From Octopus vulgaris (taxonomy: Eukaryota): 64,000 nt of DNA. The notes beneath the pieces are model-generated. The model was not told the DNA's origin, did not search any database, and saw only the letters and a program-made list of their open reading frames with translations. The position numbers were made by a program, and so were the translations under genes. This document shows positions 52,885-64,000 of the stretch, piece after piece (position 1 is the stretch's first letter; every line of letters starts with the position of its first letter). The stretch covers positions 158,968,001-159,032,000 of the forward strand of contig OX597815.1 in NCBI GenBank assembly GCA_951406725.2. Direction: 5' to 3'.

Positions 52885-53429
52885 CAAATGCCAACTTTGC
52901 ATCAGGTGCTTTTAAGAATCTGCAACTTGGCTGTATACTGAACGTGCCTGTGCACATTTCATGCAAATCCGAAGCATCTGTTACAAGGTTACGCTTTCTT
53001 AGTACAAGTGATAAATATAGTTTATTTTTCTTACAGTATTCCGTTCTCTTATTCATAAACAACAAAGAACTATTCATTACCATTCTATTGAAAGGTTTCA
53101 AAATGTTAAGTGGTAAGCACTGCACTTGGTAACTTATCTCATCTCGTCTTTCTAAAACAATGTAGAAACTCAGGAACTCACACAAGCACACACACACGCG
53201 CGGGCGGACGGACACACATACACTTATATACATACATATGTGTGTGCATATATGCGTGTGCATTTGTATGTGCGTGTGAGTGTGTGTGTGTGTATGTGTA
53301 TGTGTGTGTGTGTATGAACACGCACGCTTGCACTTCTACATGTTGTACACGTAAACACTCACCACTGCAGAGTAAGCGTTAACCATTTTGATGGAAGGTA
53401 GCATGCACCCTTTGATATTTAAACAGATT

Positions 53430-53460
<31 letters not shown>

Positions 53461-53979
53461 TTACCGTCGAATGAGATGAGGTCCCTGATACTTAATAATT
53501 CACAAAACAAAGAATGTCTGTTTTGAAGTTAAAAAGTTTTTTGAAGAGCATGTCAAAACGATTTTTCTTTTTTAAAAGTCTTCAAACAAATAAAATATAT
53601 CAACAAAAGGATGCTTGTCAGTTTTTCGTTCAACGTTAGTACACACGAGAGCAGACATTTGTATTAGGCGCAGTGAGAGAGTTACCATTGTCAACCCGGA
53701 TGCAACCATCCTGCGAACCTCTCTCGCGTAACCAGGAGTGGAGTACAGACTATAAGTGCAAATATTTCGAGAGGTTCGTATTTCCAAAACTGAGAAGCTC
53801 TGAGGTATTATAAAATGCCACATCTGAAGTTTTAGCGTGACGATTCTCAAGTGCTGCACTGCAAGGGGTAGTTAGGTGCGCCGTAGATTTTAAAAACTAT
53901 AATTTAAGAATTTAGAAAATTCATATTCCTGCTTGACCGTCTTGAAAAACATGTTTTCCTTATTTTGATATACATACTG

Positions 53980-54790
53980 TAAAATGCTTAGCAGCATTTC
54001 ATTCGTCTTTTCGTTCTGAGTTCAAATTCCAACAAGGTTGAGTTTGCCTTTCCACCGTTCAGAAGATAAAATAAGCACTAGTTGAGCACTGCGATCGATG
54101 TTATCGACTTGTACCATTCCCTAAAATGTGAAATCATTATTTTGTTTTAGATGAAGGCAGTGAAATAGCAGAATTGTTAATACGCCGGACCAAATGCTTA
54201 ACGTTCTTAACGTTCTGAGTTCAAATTCCGCGAGGTCGACTTTGCCCCTCATCTATTTAGAATCTATAAAACAATTATATGTTGAGTACTGGGGTCGAGG
54301 CAATTGACTTCTCCACCCTTCAAAACTGCTGGCTGTGTGCCAAGAAAAGAAAGGATTATTTTGTTATATACGAAGGCGGCGAAAAGTTAGAATCATCGGC
54401 GCGTCGAGCAAAATGTTTTCGGCATTTCTTCTGGTTCTTTCCGTTCTTAGTTCAAATCCTGCTGAGGTCAACTTTGCCATTTATTCTTTCGAGGTTCGAT
54501 AAGATAAATACCTGTCAAGTACTTGGGCTGATAGTATCGATTATTCTGCCTTACTTAAAACTGTTGGCCTTGTGCCAAAATTCTAAACCATGAAGCGGTG
54601 AGCGGACAGAATCATTAGCATGTCGGACAAAATGCTTTGTAGCGTTTCTTCCCGCGCTTTACGTTCTAAGCTCAATTTCTTCCTTTCGGGATCGATAAAA
54701 CAAGTACTATTCATGCAAGGGGAGGGGGCAATGTAATCGACTTTTCTCCTCCCCTAAAATTGCTGGTCTTGTGCCAAAAGTTGAAACCAT
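53980..54790 (+). mobile_element. Old family 3 SINE tandem cluster (about four units)
   Basis: Repeated diverged head-core-tail units. Confidence 0.8.
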
Positions 54791-55495
54791 TATTTTGTTA
54801 TACAAAGGCATGATTATAGAAATAAGGTAAACAACTGTTGTCTAATTATTAATTTTCAAACGATCATGCGGAGTGCGCCTGTAAATTTATAACAGCATTA
54901 CAGAGGGCGTACGCAATTGTAAACAGCATGCGGAGTTCACCAGCTAATTTTTGTTTGATCTTCAGTAATGTCACGAAATCAATGCGATTAAGTACCACTG
55001 TTTTATTCTCAATGGAGAAGAGAGAAACTTGTAGACACCAAAGAATAATAAAGAAGATAGAAACGTCGAAATAATGAAGCCCTAGTTATATTTCAGAAGA
55101 ATTTTGTGGTGAAATAAATGTTGGAAGATAACAGTTATTGTCACTTTTATAGGGAAAAAAAGAGCATTTATGGAGAACTTAAGTTCATATCTCTTGAAGC
55201 GACATAAGAAGTGTCTGAGTTAATGAGGGTGCCTCTCAGCCAATGAGGCTGACAAGCACTTTTAAGTGGTTGTTTGACCTGCTGAAAATAGTAGTCAAAT
55301 TTCCTTTAAATCGTACATTACAGTCTTAAAGAAATCGGTAATGCGGTCCTTGAAACATCATGTAAAAAAAATAATAAAACGGCAAAATCAAAAATGTGGT
55401 CATTTTGCGTTATTTGAATAATAATAATTCTTTCTACTATTTTTGCACAAGACCTGACATTTGTAGGAAGGGGCACATCTTGCTGCCTTATTTGG

Positions 55496-55618
<123 letters not shown>

Positions 55619-57949
55619 GTTTTGGTGACCTCAACAATTGACTTGCAAAATATCCAAATTTTCAAAAGCTATAATAATAGTAATACCAACAACAACAACA
55701 ACAACAACAATAACCTCAGCCTTGTCCAGTTCGTGGAGTCGCGTTGATTAGTGGTTAGCAGTGTTGCGCTCATAGTCGTAAGATAGTTGTTTCGGTTCAT
55801 GAACCGGACGATGCATTGTCTTCTTGAGCAAAGGATATCATTTCGCGTCACTCCAGTCCGTTCAGCGAGCAAAATTGAATAATTCTGCGTCGGACCGGCG
55901 TCCCGTCATGGAGTGGGGAATTTATAGGCCACAGAATCTAGTAACTGATCTTATGAGACTATGGGGAAGGATTTTTAAAGCTTCGATTTTTTTTTCCAGT
56001 ATATAATCAACACCTAACACTTTTTCCAATAGCTGGAGCATACATGATTCAAATTTCATCCTCTTGATCTTTTTACTATTTCGCCCCCACCCATTTCATC
56101 TGACACCCGAATTACTAAATGCGTTTTACATCATACATCTAAAAGAATATTTAGTAAAAACAGAAATCTAACATTTACTTCACTTATTCTCTAATACGAA
56201 TAAACCGTATTCGTTTAAAGTCTTTGAACCTTTTAACAAATAAGACAAAGAATGAAATTAATCGAACTGAAGGTTGGAATGGTATTGCAGTATAAAATTA
56301 CACGTCTCAGTGCTGACAACGGGTCATTAGTGAAAAGGTTTTCTTAGAGTTAACTCAAGTAAATTTAAGATATAAAGGTGCTAAATGATCTTTTATCCAT
56401 TTCTCTTCTTCGGTTTATGATTAACGTAAATTGAGAACTATGTCTTTTGCCAGAATGAAAGGTATATATATATATATATATATACATATACATATGTGTG
56501 TGGTTGTGCGTGTGTATGTATTTATGTATATACTTATATATGCGTATGTTTATGTGTTCATGAACATCAAGATAATCATACACACACGCACATATAAACA
56601 TACGACTATGTGTGTTTATACACACAAACATGAATATGTACGTACGTATGTACGTATCTATGTATATTTATGTATGTATGCACGTATGTATGTATGTAAG
56701 CACGTATGTATGTATGTATGCACGTATGTATGTATGTATGTATGTATGTATGTATGTATGTATGTATGTATGTATGTGTGTGTGTATGTATACTTGTATG
56801 TATGTATACTTGTATGTATGTATGTATGTATGTATGTATGCTTGTATGTATGCTTGTATGTATGCTTGTATGTATGTATGTATGTATGTATGTATGTCGG
56901 AACGTCTGTAACGACTCCCGCTTTCTGTACATTTACTAACCTTCTTCTGAAAAGAATGAAAACGTAAATTCACTTCATAGATGTGTTATATTTACTTTCT
57001 TCATAATGGAGTCTCACTAGATCTGTACAGATAATCAATGTTATTATTATTAAGGTACTGTGATTGCGTATAGTGAAATACTATGTAGTCATTACAGAAG
57101 AACAGTTTAAGAGCAAATATACCAAGTAATGATGACCACTGTATTATCTTCTGACTCATTAAGCTTCTGTGTTAAGAATAAGATACGTTGGTTTCAGAAT
57201 GTCAGATGTCAAGTAAACGTAAAAAGATTAAAAAAAAGAAACAAAATGGAGTCTTCTTCAAGTTATTTCAGAAGTAAATCAAGAGCAATTAGAAGCAACA
57301 CGATCTGTTAAAACTATCCCATCACCTTTCACATACAAACGACCCTTTTCCCCTTTCACTCTCGACCTTTGTTTCCTGTGACTCCCACACATAACACAGT
57401 TCGTCCTTACTTTTCTAATTCACTGTGATTACCTCATCATTTACTTCCTATCCTTACAAAATAACCTATTCAGTGCTGGTTCACTTCCGTTTCCCATTAT
57501 TTGAGCTTTCTGTCCATCTTCTCCGCCCCTTTTTCTTGAGAGAAACGCGCGAGTAGAAAATCCTCTAACACCTCCTCCATAGGATCATGTCAGAAGTAAC
57601 CATCATTACACTTTCCGGTTTGGATTTCCAAGCACGACCAACTAAGATTATGGATATTTAACCAACCCTCTTTGTTTTTGGCCTACCTCTAGGTCACCTG
57701 CCAGATAGCTCTATTTGAGGGATCCGTCCTGTGGTTCTTTTCTGTAACATATTATCGAAGCTGTGACTTCTCAATACGCAGAGGTAGCGGTTTGACCTTG
57801 TCAAACTTCCTAATTTCTGAGTTACGCATCCTGTCGAGTAACGTGACTCCAGAGATCGATCCTTCGTTATGGCTCTAAAAATAATTTCTTTTTTACCATC
57901 TCATCACGTTTACTGAAATTCATTGTCACCCGAGAACAGATTTGATATT

Positions 57950-58615
57950 GATTTCAAATTTTGGCGCAAGGCCAACAATTTCGGGGGAGGTGATAAGTCA
58001 ATTACATCGATCCTAGTGCTCAACTGGTACTTATTTTATCGACCTCGAAAGGATGAAAAGCAAAGTCGACCGCAGCGGAATTTGAACACAGAACGAAAAG
58101 ACGGACGAAATACCTATTTCTTTACTAACCACAAGGGGCTAAACACAGAGGGGACAAAGAAGGACAGACAAACGGATTAAGTCGATTACATCGACCCCCA
58201 GTGGGTAACTGGTATTTATTTAATCGAGCTGGTATTTATTTAAAGGCGGCGAGCTGGCAGAAACGTTAGCACGCCGGGTGAAATGCGTAGCCGTATTTCG
58301 TCTGCTGTTACGTTGTGAGTTCAAATTCCGCCGAGGTCGACATGGCCTTTCATCCTTTCGGGGTCGATAAATTAAGCACCAGTTACGCACTGGGGTCGAT
58401 GTAATCAACTTAATACCTATGTCTGTCCTTGTTTGTTCCCTCTATGTTTAGCCCCTTGTGGGTAATAAAGAAATAGGTACTTATTTAATCGATCCCGAAA
58501 GGATGAAAGGCAAAGTCGACCTCAGCGGAATTTGAACTCAGAACGTAGTGGCAAACGAAATATGGCTAAGCATGTTTCCCGGCGTGCTAACGATTCCGCC
58601 AGCTCACCACCTTAA
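57950..58615. mobile_element. Family 3 SINE (-) with a + strand family 3 copy nested at 58243-58475
   Basis: TSD-like GGTA(T/C)TTATTTAA at 58231-58243 and 58476-58488. Confidence 0.85.
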
Positions 58616-59557
58616 TTAACAGATTTAATATCGACTTCTAAAGCTGCGAGAAGAATAAGTTTGAGTTAATTAGTAAGACTGTAACTAATAGAATCAGCAA
58701 GCTATGAAGCATTAACTTTTATATTTTACTAGATATCATTTAAGTCATTCTACTGCGGCCATGATAGGGCACCGCTTTAAAGGACTTAAGTCGAACAGGT
58801 CGCCATCCGTCCCCTACTTATTGTTTAAAGTCCTGTACTTATACCGTCGATCCTCTTTTGCCGAACAGCTAATTTTATTGGAACTAAAAATGCTCAACAC
58901 TGGCTGTTAAGGGGTGGTTGGGTGGGAAACAAACACAGATACAAACACACAAACACATACATACAACCACACGCCCGTGCGCGCCCGTGTGCGCCCGTGC
59001 ATATATATGTCGTGTCATTCTGCTGGTTGAAACGATGAGTGTTCCAGCTGATCCCGTCAATGGAACAGTTTGCTCATGAAATTAACGGACAAGTCGCTGA
59101 GCACACCACAGACACGCGTACCCTTAACGTAGTTCTTAGGGAGATTTAGCGCGATACAAAACGAGACAAGGCTGGGTATTTGAATTTACAGACACAACTC
59201 AAAGTTTTGCCAACTGAGTGGACGGGAGTAACGTGAAATAAAACATCTTTCTCAAGGACAAAACGCGCTGCTCAGTATCGAACTCACGACATTACGATCG
59301 TGACTCGAGTACCCTAAGCATTAAAACCCGCCGATTCGCATATCAGTATGTATATATATATATATGCGTGCGTGCTTGTGTTTGTTCGCGTGCATTTTTG
59401 TATCTATATACTACACAGGAGCATAAACAGTCTCCTTTTTATGGAACAGAAAAGAATAGAAAATAATAAACAGTGAAGAACGGTTACTATATATATATAT
59501 ATATATATATAGTATTTTCTACTATCTTCTTCTCTTGTATTTATTCTATAAAAATAA

Positions 59558-59750
59558 ATGGGCCCGGTTTCCCGGTTTCTATGGTGTATGTGTTCCCCAG
59601 CTAGATGGGACACCAGTCCATTGCAGCGTTACTCATTTTTACCAGATGAGTGGACTGGAGCAACGTGAAATGAAGTGCTTTGCTCAAGAACAGAACGCAT
59701 CGCCCGGTCCAGGAATCGAAACCACAATCTTACGATCATGATGTTGACCA
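59558..59750 (-). mobile_element. Family 4 core with a third tail type (deleted copy at ~20897-21040)
   Basis: Shared tail CATAGAAACCGGGAAACCGGGCCCAT and head GTTTCGATTCCTGGACCGGGCG. Confidence 0.78.
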
Positions 59751-61499
59751 CTATGCTACGCATCCTTTCAAAATTTCTCCCAGGCGTTACCCATTGCAAT
59801 GCATCTTGGCCTAACGACCCTTTATGTTCCCTTTATGTTTGTCTTCGTCGATTGTTCACTCCGTACGTCCACCCTGTCGCTGTTTGTTCGTTCGATGCTC
59901 TCTAAAAGTTTTATATTTTAAAAATTTCTGGATGCTGCTGTTTAATGAAGTTTTTCTATATTGTCGTTGGAAGCTCAAAATAGGGAGTAATTAACAGTCG
60001 ACAACTGAAGCGGGGTTAGACTACTTGCGGTATTTTGTCCCGTACTTGTCTCTCATTACGTGTTTACGTATTATCCACTCGTTGGTGATGTCTGTGTTTG
60101 TCCCACATCACCGCTTGACAACTGGTGTTGGTGGATTTACGTCCCCACAACAAAACAGGTCGGCGAAAGAGTCTTATAAAATAGGTAACAGGTTTAAAAA
60201 AGAAAATAAGTACTAGAGTCAATTAATTCGACTAAGATTCCTTAAGGCGGTGCTCCAGCTTGGCCGCAGTCCAATTACTGGAACAAGTAAAAGATAAAAG
60301 TTAAAAGATGAGATTTGTTTGATCAAAAGCGTAAAACATTTTTTGCAACACAAATCAACACAAGTTTGTTTAGATTTTATTTGTTTGTTTATTTGCTTCC
60401 TTAAAGAGTTTGTTAGCGTATTTGTTCTACTGAATGGATTCAAGTAACATCTTTCCTATCAAGTGATTAGCACTAGTGATCTTATCAAGTATTAAGCAAG
60501 TGTAATACTCTTCTCTATCTTGTTCGGATGATTTTCGTTCCCAGTACAAAAAAAATACAAAAAACGAGATCGTGGTTATAAAAGATATTTAAACGTTAGG
60601 TTTGTACTGTCTAAGTGGCTACAAATTAATTTCGAATTTATATATTTTATTTGTCTTTTGTCTTGAAATTCTGGCGTCGTAGTTTATTTCAGAATCACTT
60701 CTCCCCTCTACTTCCAACGGTACTTTTGTAATCCATTTATAGCTAACTGCCAAATCCGCATACCTATGGCTAAATGTTTTTACTGCGTGTAAATGTTTAT
60801 GGGTATTGGATTGTATGCGTGCATGCTTGCTTTTTAGGAAATACACGGTGCGTCCTTCCTTTGAACTTCCTGGTAAGAGTTAATTTTCTGACAAGGCTAT
60901 TCTTTTAGACATAAGACAAAGCGATAAAAATATCGGCGAGATATCATCGTGCGTTCTTGTGAGTGAGGGAGGGGTAGTGAGAAGGGAAAGGAGTAATGTT
61001 CTTAATATTAACAATACAAAAGCTATCAAGAATTTTGGTGTACAAAGTTTCTTCTGATGTAGTCCAGGCCTCCCACGTAGTAAACGGTGCTGATAGGGTG
61101 GTAATCTGAAAGGAAAGAGAATAAAAGACAAAATAAAATCGTAAGTACAAAGAAAAAATGGCGATGGTAGACAGTTGTAACAAAATAGGTAAAGAGAAAG
61201 GAAATGAAAAGAAAATGAAGGGTTAAAATAAAAGAGTATAGGGAGGCTGTTAATCAAAAGTCAAGAAATAAAATAACGGCCATTAAAATCCTAGGCGAAT
61301 AAATGTTGGAACATAGAAAGATTGTGTTAATCAACTATAAACAATATCGTTTCATTAAACCGAGTGCTCGGCTCCTCAGCGCTGTGGTGTGTGTGCGTGC
61401 CTGTATGCAGGTGTGTATGTGCGTGCATATGCGTGTGCGTATGGGGTGTGTATGCGTGTGTGAATATATATATATATATTATTTTATTATTATTTATTA

Positions 61500-61694
61500 T
61501 TTTACTTGTTTCAGTCATTTGACTGCGGCCATGCTGGAGCACCGCCTTTAGTCGAGCAAATCGACTCTGGGACTTATTCTTTGTAAGCTCAGTACTTATT
61601 CTATCGGTCTCTTTTGCCGAACTGCTAAGTGACGGGGACGTAAACACACCAGCATCGGTTGTCAAGCAATGCTAGGGGGACAAACACAGACATA

Positions 61695-61788
<94 letters not shown>

Positions 61789-61882
61789 TACGACAGGCTT
61801 CTTTCAGTTTCCGTCTACCAAATCCACTCACAAGGCATTGGTCGGCCCGGGGCTATAGTAGAAGACACTTGCCCAAGATGCC
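61500..61882 (-). mobile_element. Family 2 tRNA-SINE with truncated head
   Basis: Near-identical to 13975-14305. Confidence 0.9.
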
Positions 61883-61892
61883 ATATATATAT

Positions 61893-62196
61893 GGAAAAAA
61901 AGTTAACATAGAAAATGCTAAAATAATTTTATAAAAAACATTTCAGTACCGATTTCAGTCATTGAGACTTTTTCAACTGTAAGTATGGAAAACAATTAAA
62001 TTTTGGAAAAATTAAAAGTAAAGTTTTTTTAAAAGAATATTTGCATAGTGTTCAAATACAAGTGGCATTTTCCTTGTTTCTGCCTGTTTTGTGTTTCTCT
62101 TATTTACTCTTGTGGGTTCGAGGTCGATGACTGAAACAGGTACTGAAATGTTTTTTATAAAATTATTTTAGCTTTTTCTATCTTGACTTTTTTTTC
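61893..62196 (-). mobile_element. Second copy of the U3-A8 hammerhead family, with an inverted terminal segment
   Basis: Reverse complement of ~13745-13958; hammerhead at 61944-61979; 62127-62196 is an inverted copy of 61893-61962. Confidence 0.82.
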
Positions 62197-62217
62197 GTGT
62201 GTTTCTTTTCAACCTTC

Positions 62218-62328
<111 letters not shown>

Positions 62329-62635
62329 TTAAGTTAGACATGGCCTGGGCCTATACTGGCCGAAACCTATCAAAGTTATCAAAGTTATATATATGTATAT
62401 ATGTATGTGTATAAGCATATATATATGACCGTTATTAAGACAAACAAAAGAGCTATTGGAATGACCGTTAAATAAAGGAAAAAAAAACCAAAGGGGAAAA
62501 AGTTAAAAAGTAAAAACGCTCATAAAATTCGCGTATGCGCGCATGTACATTCATACACATGCGCGAACGCACACCCATTTACATAGTAATTTCCCTTTGT
62601 TTATCGGTCATTTTCACAGCATTCTTTGATTGTCT

Positions 62636-62698
62636 TAATAACTGATGAGATGCCGAAGCAGATTTGCGCTCCGACATCCGAAACTCGGAGTTTTATTA
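62636..62698 (+). ncRNA. Type-I hammerhead ribozyme motif
   Basis: UAAUAA-CUGAUGA-GAUGcCGaAGC[..]GCUcCGaCAUC-C-GAAA-CUCGGAG-UU-UUAUUA. 6-bp stem I, GUU triplet; diverged inverted arm 62431-62481 / 62590-62642. Confidence 0.78.
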
Positions 62699-62727
62699 TG
62701 GCAACCGAATAATTGTCGCATATTATA

Positions 62728-63113
62728 TCTTTATAAATCTCCTACGATTTAGATTCCTAACTACTCCCACATTTTGCGGTGCAGTTTAACCAAAACCGGG
62801 TATCATATAGTCGTGATTCATATCGAGCCCTTCTGGGTATTAGCGCGCGTCTACGATGAGTCTACGATTTAAAAAATAATTTACCATCATTTTTTTCCAT
62901 TTTAATGCATTTTTTCGCTATTATTTAAGGGAAGTAACTCTCTAAAAATGTCTACGATGAGTCAACGATTAAAAAAAAATTTACCATCATTTTTTTTCCA
63001 TTTTTAGTGCATTTTTTTGCTATTTTTTTGCTATTTTATAAATATAAATCTCTAAAAATGCTTATATAGTTATTTCCCTTACAAACCCGAGCAACACCGG
63101 GCAATACTGCTAG
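62728..63113 (+). mobile_element. Non-autonomous Helitron-like element
   Basis: Copy of 6571-6945; A|TC...hairpin...CTAG|T. Confidence 0.85.
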
Positions 63114-63334
63114 TTACATATAAATTCTCCTATTTACATAATATCGATGTCTCACTCATTCTTTTGTTGTCATACCACTACTATTAACATATATATATTT
63201 ATGTATATATATATCAACGAACGTTGTAATGTATCGTTATCTTTCTAAGGGTGTTTTGTATCTTGTAGCCTCGCTTATTATTCTCCTCCTCCTCCTGCTT
63301 GAATGTTGTTGATTTTTTTCCAGAATTGTCGTAG

Positions 63335-63368
63335 TGTACTACTGCTACTGCTACTACTACTACTACCA

Positions 63369-63417
<49 letters not shown>

Positions 63418-63509
63418 CACTACTACTACTACTGCTACTGCTGCTGCTGCTGCTGCTGGTGCTGCTACTACTACTGCTACTGCTGCTGCTACTACTACTG
63501 CTACTGCTT

Positions 63510-63565
<56 letters not shown>

Positions 63566-63602
63566 GCTACTGCTACTACTACTACTACTACTACTACTAC
63601 CA
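63335..63602. repeat. (CTA/CTG)n microsatellite
   Basis: Directly visible; gives poly-Y/L/V ORFs. Confidence 0.96.
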
Positions 63603-64000
63603 TGTCTACGATGCTAAATGGCAGAATCCTTACGGTGTCGGACAAAATGCCTTGCAGCATTCTGTTACTGTCCTTTGCACTCTGAGTTCATATCATGTCG
63701 AGGTTGAATTTGCCTTTCGTCTCTCTAAAGGTCAATAAAAGACAGCATCAGGGATGGATTTCATTGGATTTCCTTCTTTAAAACTGCTAGATCTACGCCT
63801 AAATTGATAAATTTGCATTAAAAAGTAATTAAATTAAAAAACAATTAAAGACTGCGTTGAGTCAGAATCGTTACTACACCGGACAATATGTGTAGCGACA
63901 TTTCTTCCAGTTTTACGTCCTTAGCTGAAATATCGCCGAATTCGACTTGGCCTTACATCTTTTCGGCCTCGGTAAAATAGGAACTAATTAAGCACTGGAG

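Noticed and set aside
49342-54412. Inverted 161-bp pair as transposon TIRs or staggered-break inversion ends
   Set aside because: The 54-kb copy is continuous with its SINE array on both sides and no TSD is evident; a templated insertion fits better.
53980-54790. Regularly spaced ~190-bp repeats as a CRISPR-like array
   Set aside because: Units are whole diverged SINE copies without unique spacers, in eukaryotic context with no cas genes.
62335-62375. GGCC...GGCC-GAAAC hammerhead-like remnant (similar half-motif near 52740-52790)
   Set aside because: The 5' core is unrecognisable; too degenerate to count.

Overview
Repeat-saturated, AT-rich animal genomic DNA, intronic or intergenic. It is most likely an octopus or other coleoid cephalopod; this is inferred from the tRNA-derived SINE families and the very high microsatellite load, not from a database search. 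I find no intact host gene: the long ORFs in the track are microsatellite artefacts or decayed transposon frames. Recognisable content includes several tRNA-SINE families, non-autonomous Helitron-like elements, a TTAA-flanked piggyBac relic, mariner and Tigger relics, RTE, HERO/NeSL-like and R4/Dong-like non-LTR retrotransposon fragments, and a Penelope-like (GIY-YIG) fragment. The strongest hidden signal is about a dozen type-I hammerhead ribozyme motifs from at least 8 unrelated sequence families. They mostly sit in short non-coding inserts beside (TA)n tracts and usually have a palindromic minimal stem III. Several lie in fold-back structures, including a perfect 66-bp hairpin and a 242-bp inverted repeat, and one family carries a compensatory U3-A8 core. 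Different retroelement classes also appear to partition among microsatellite types (TA, TAA, CATA). All structures and alignments were made by eye; family names and ribozyme activity are untested.
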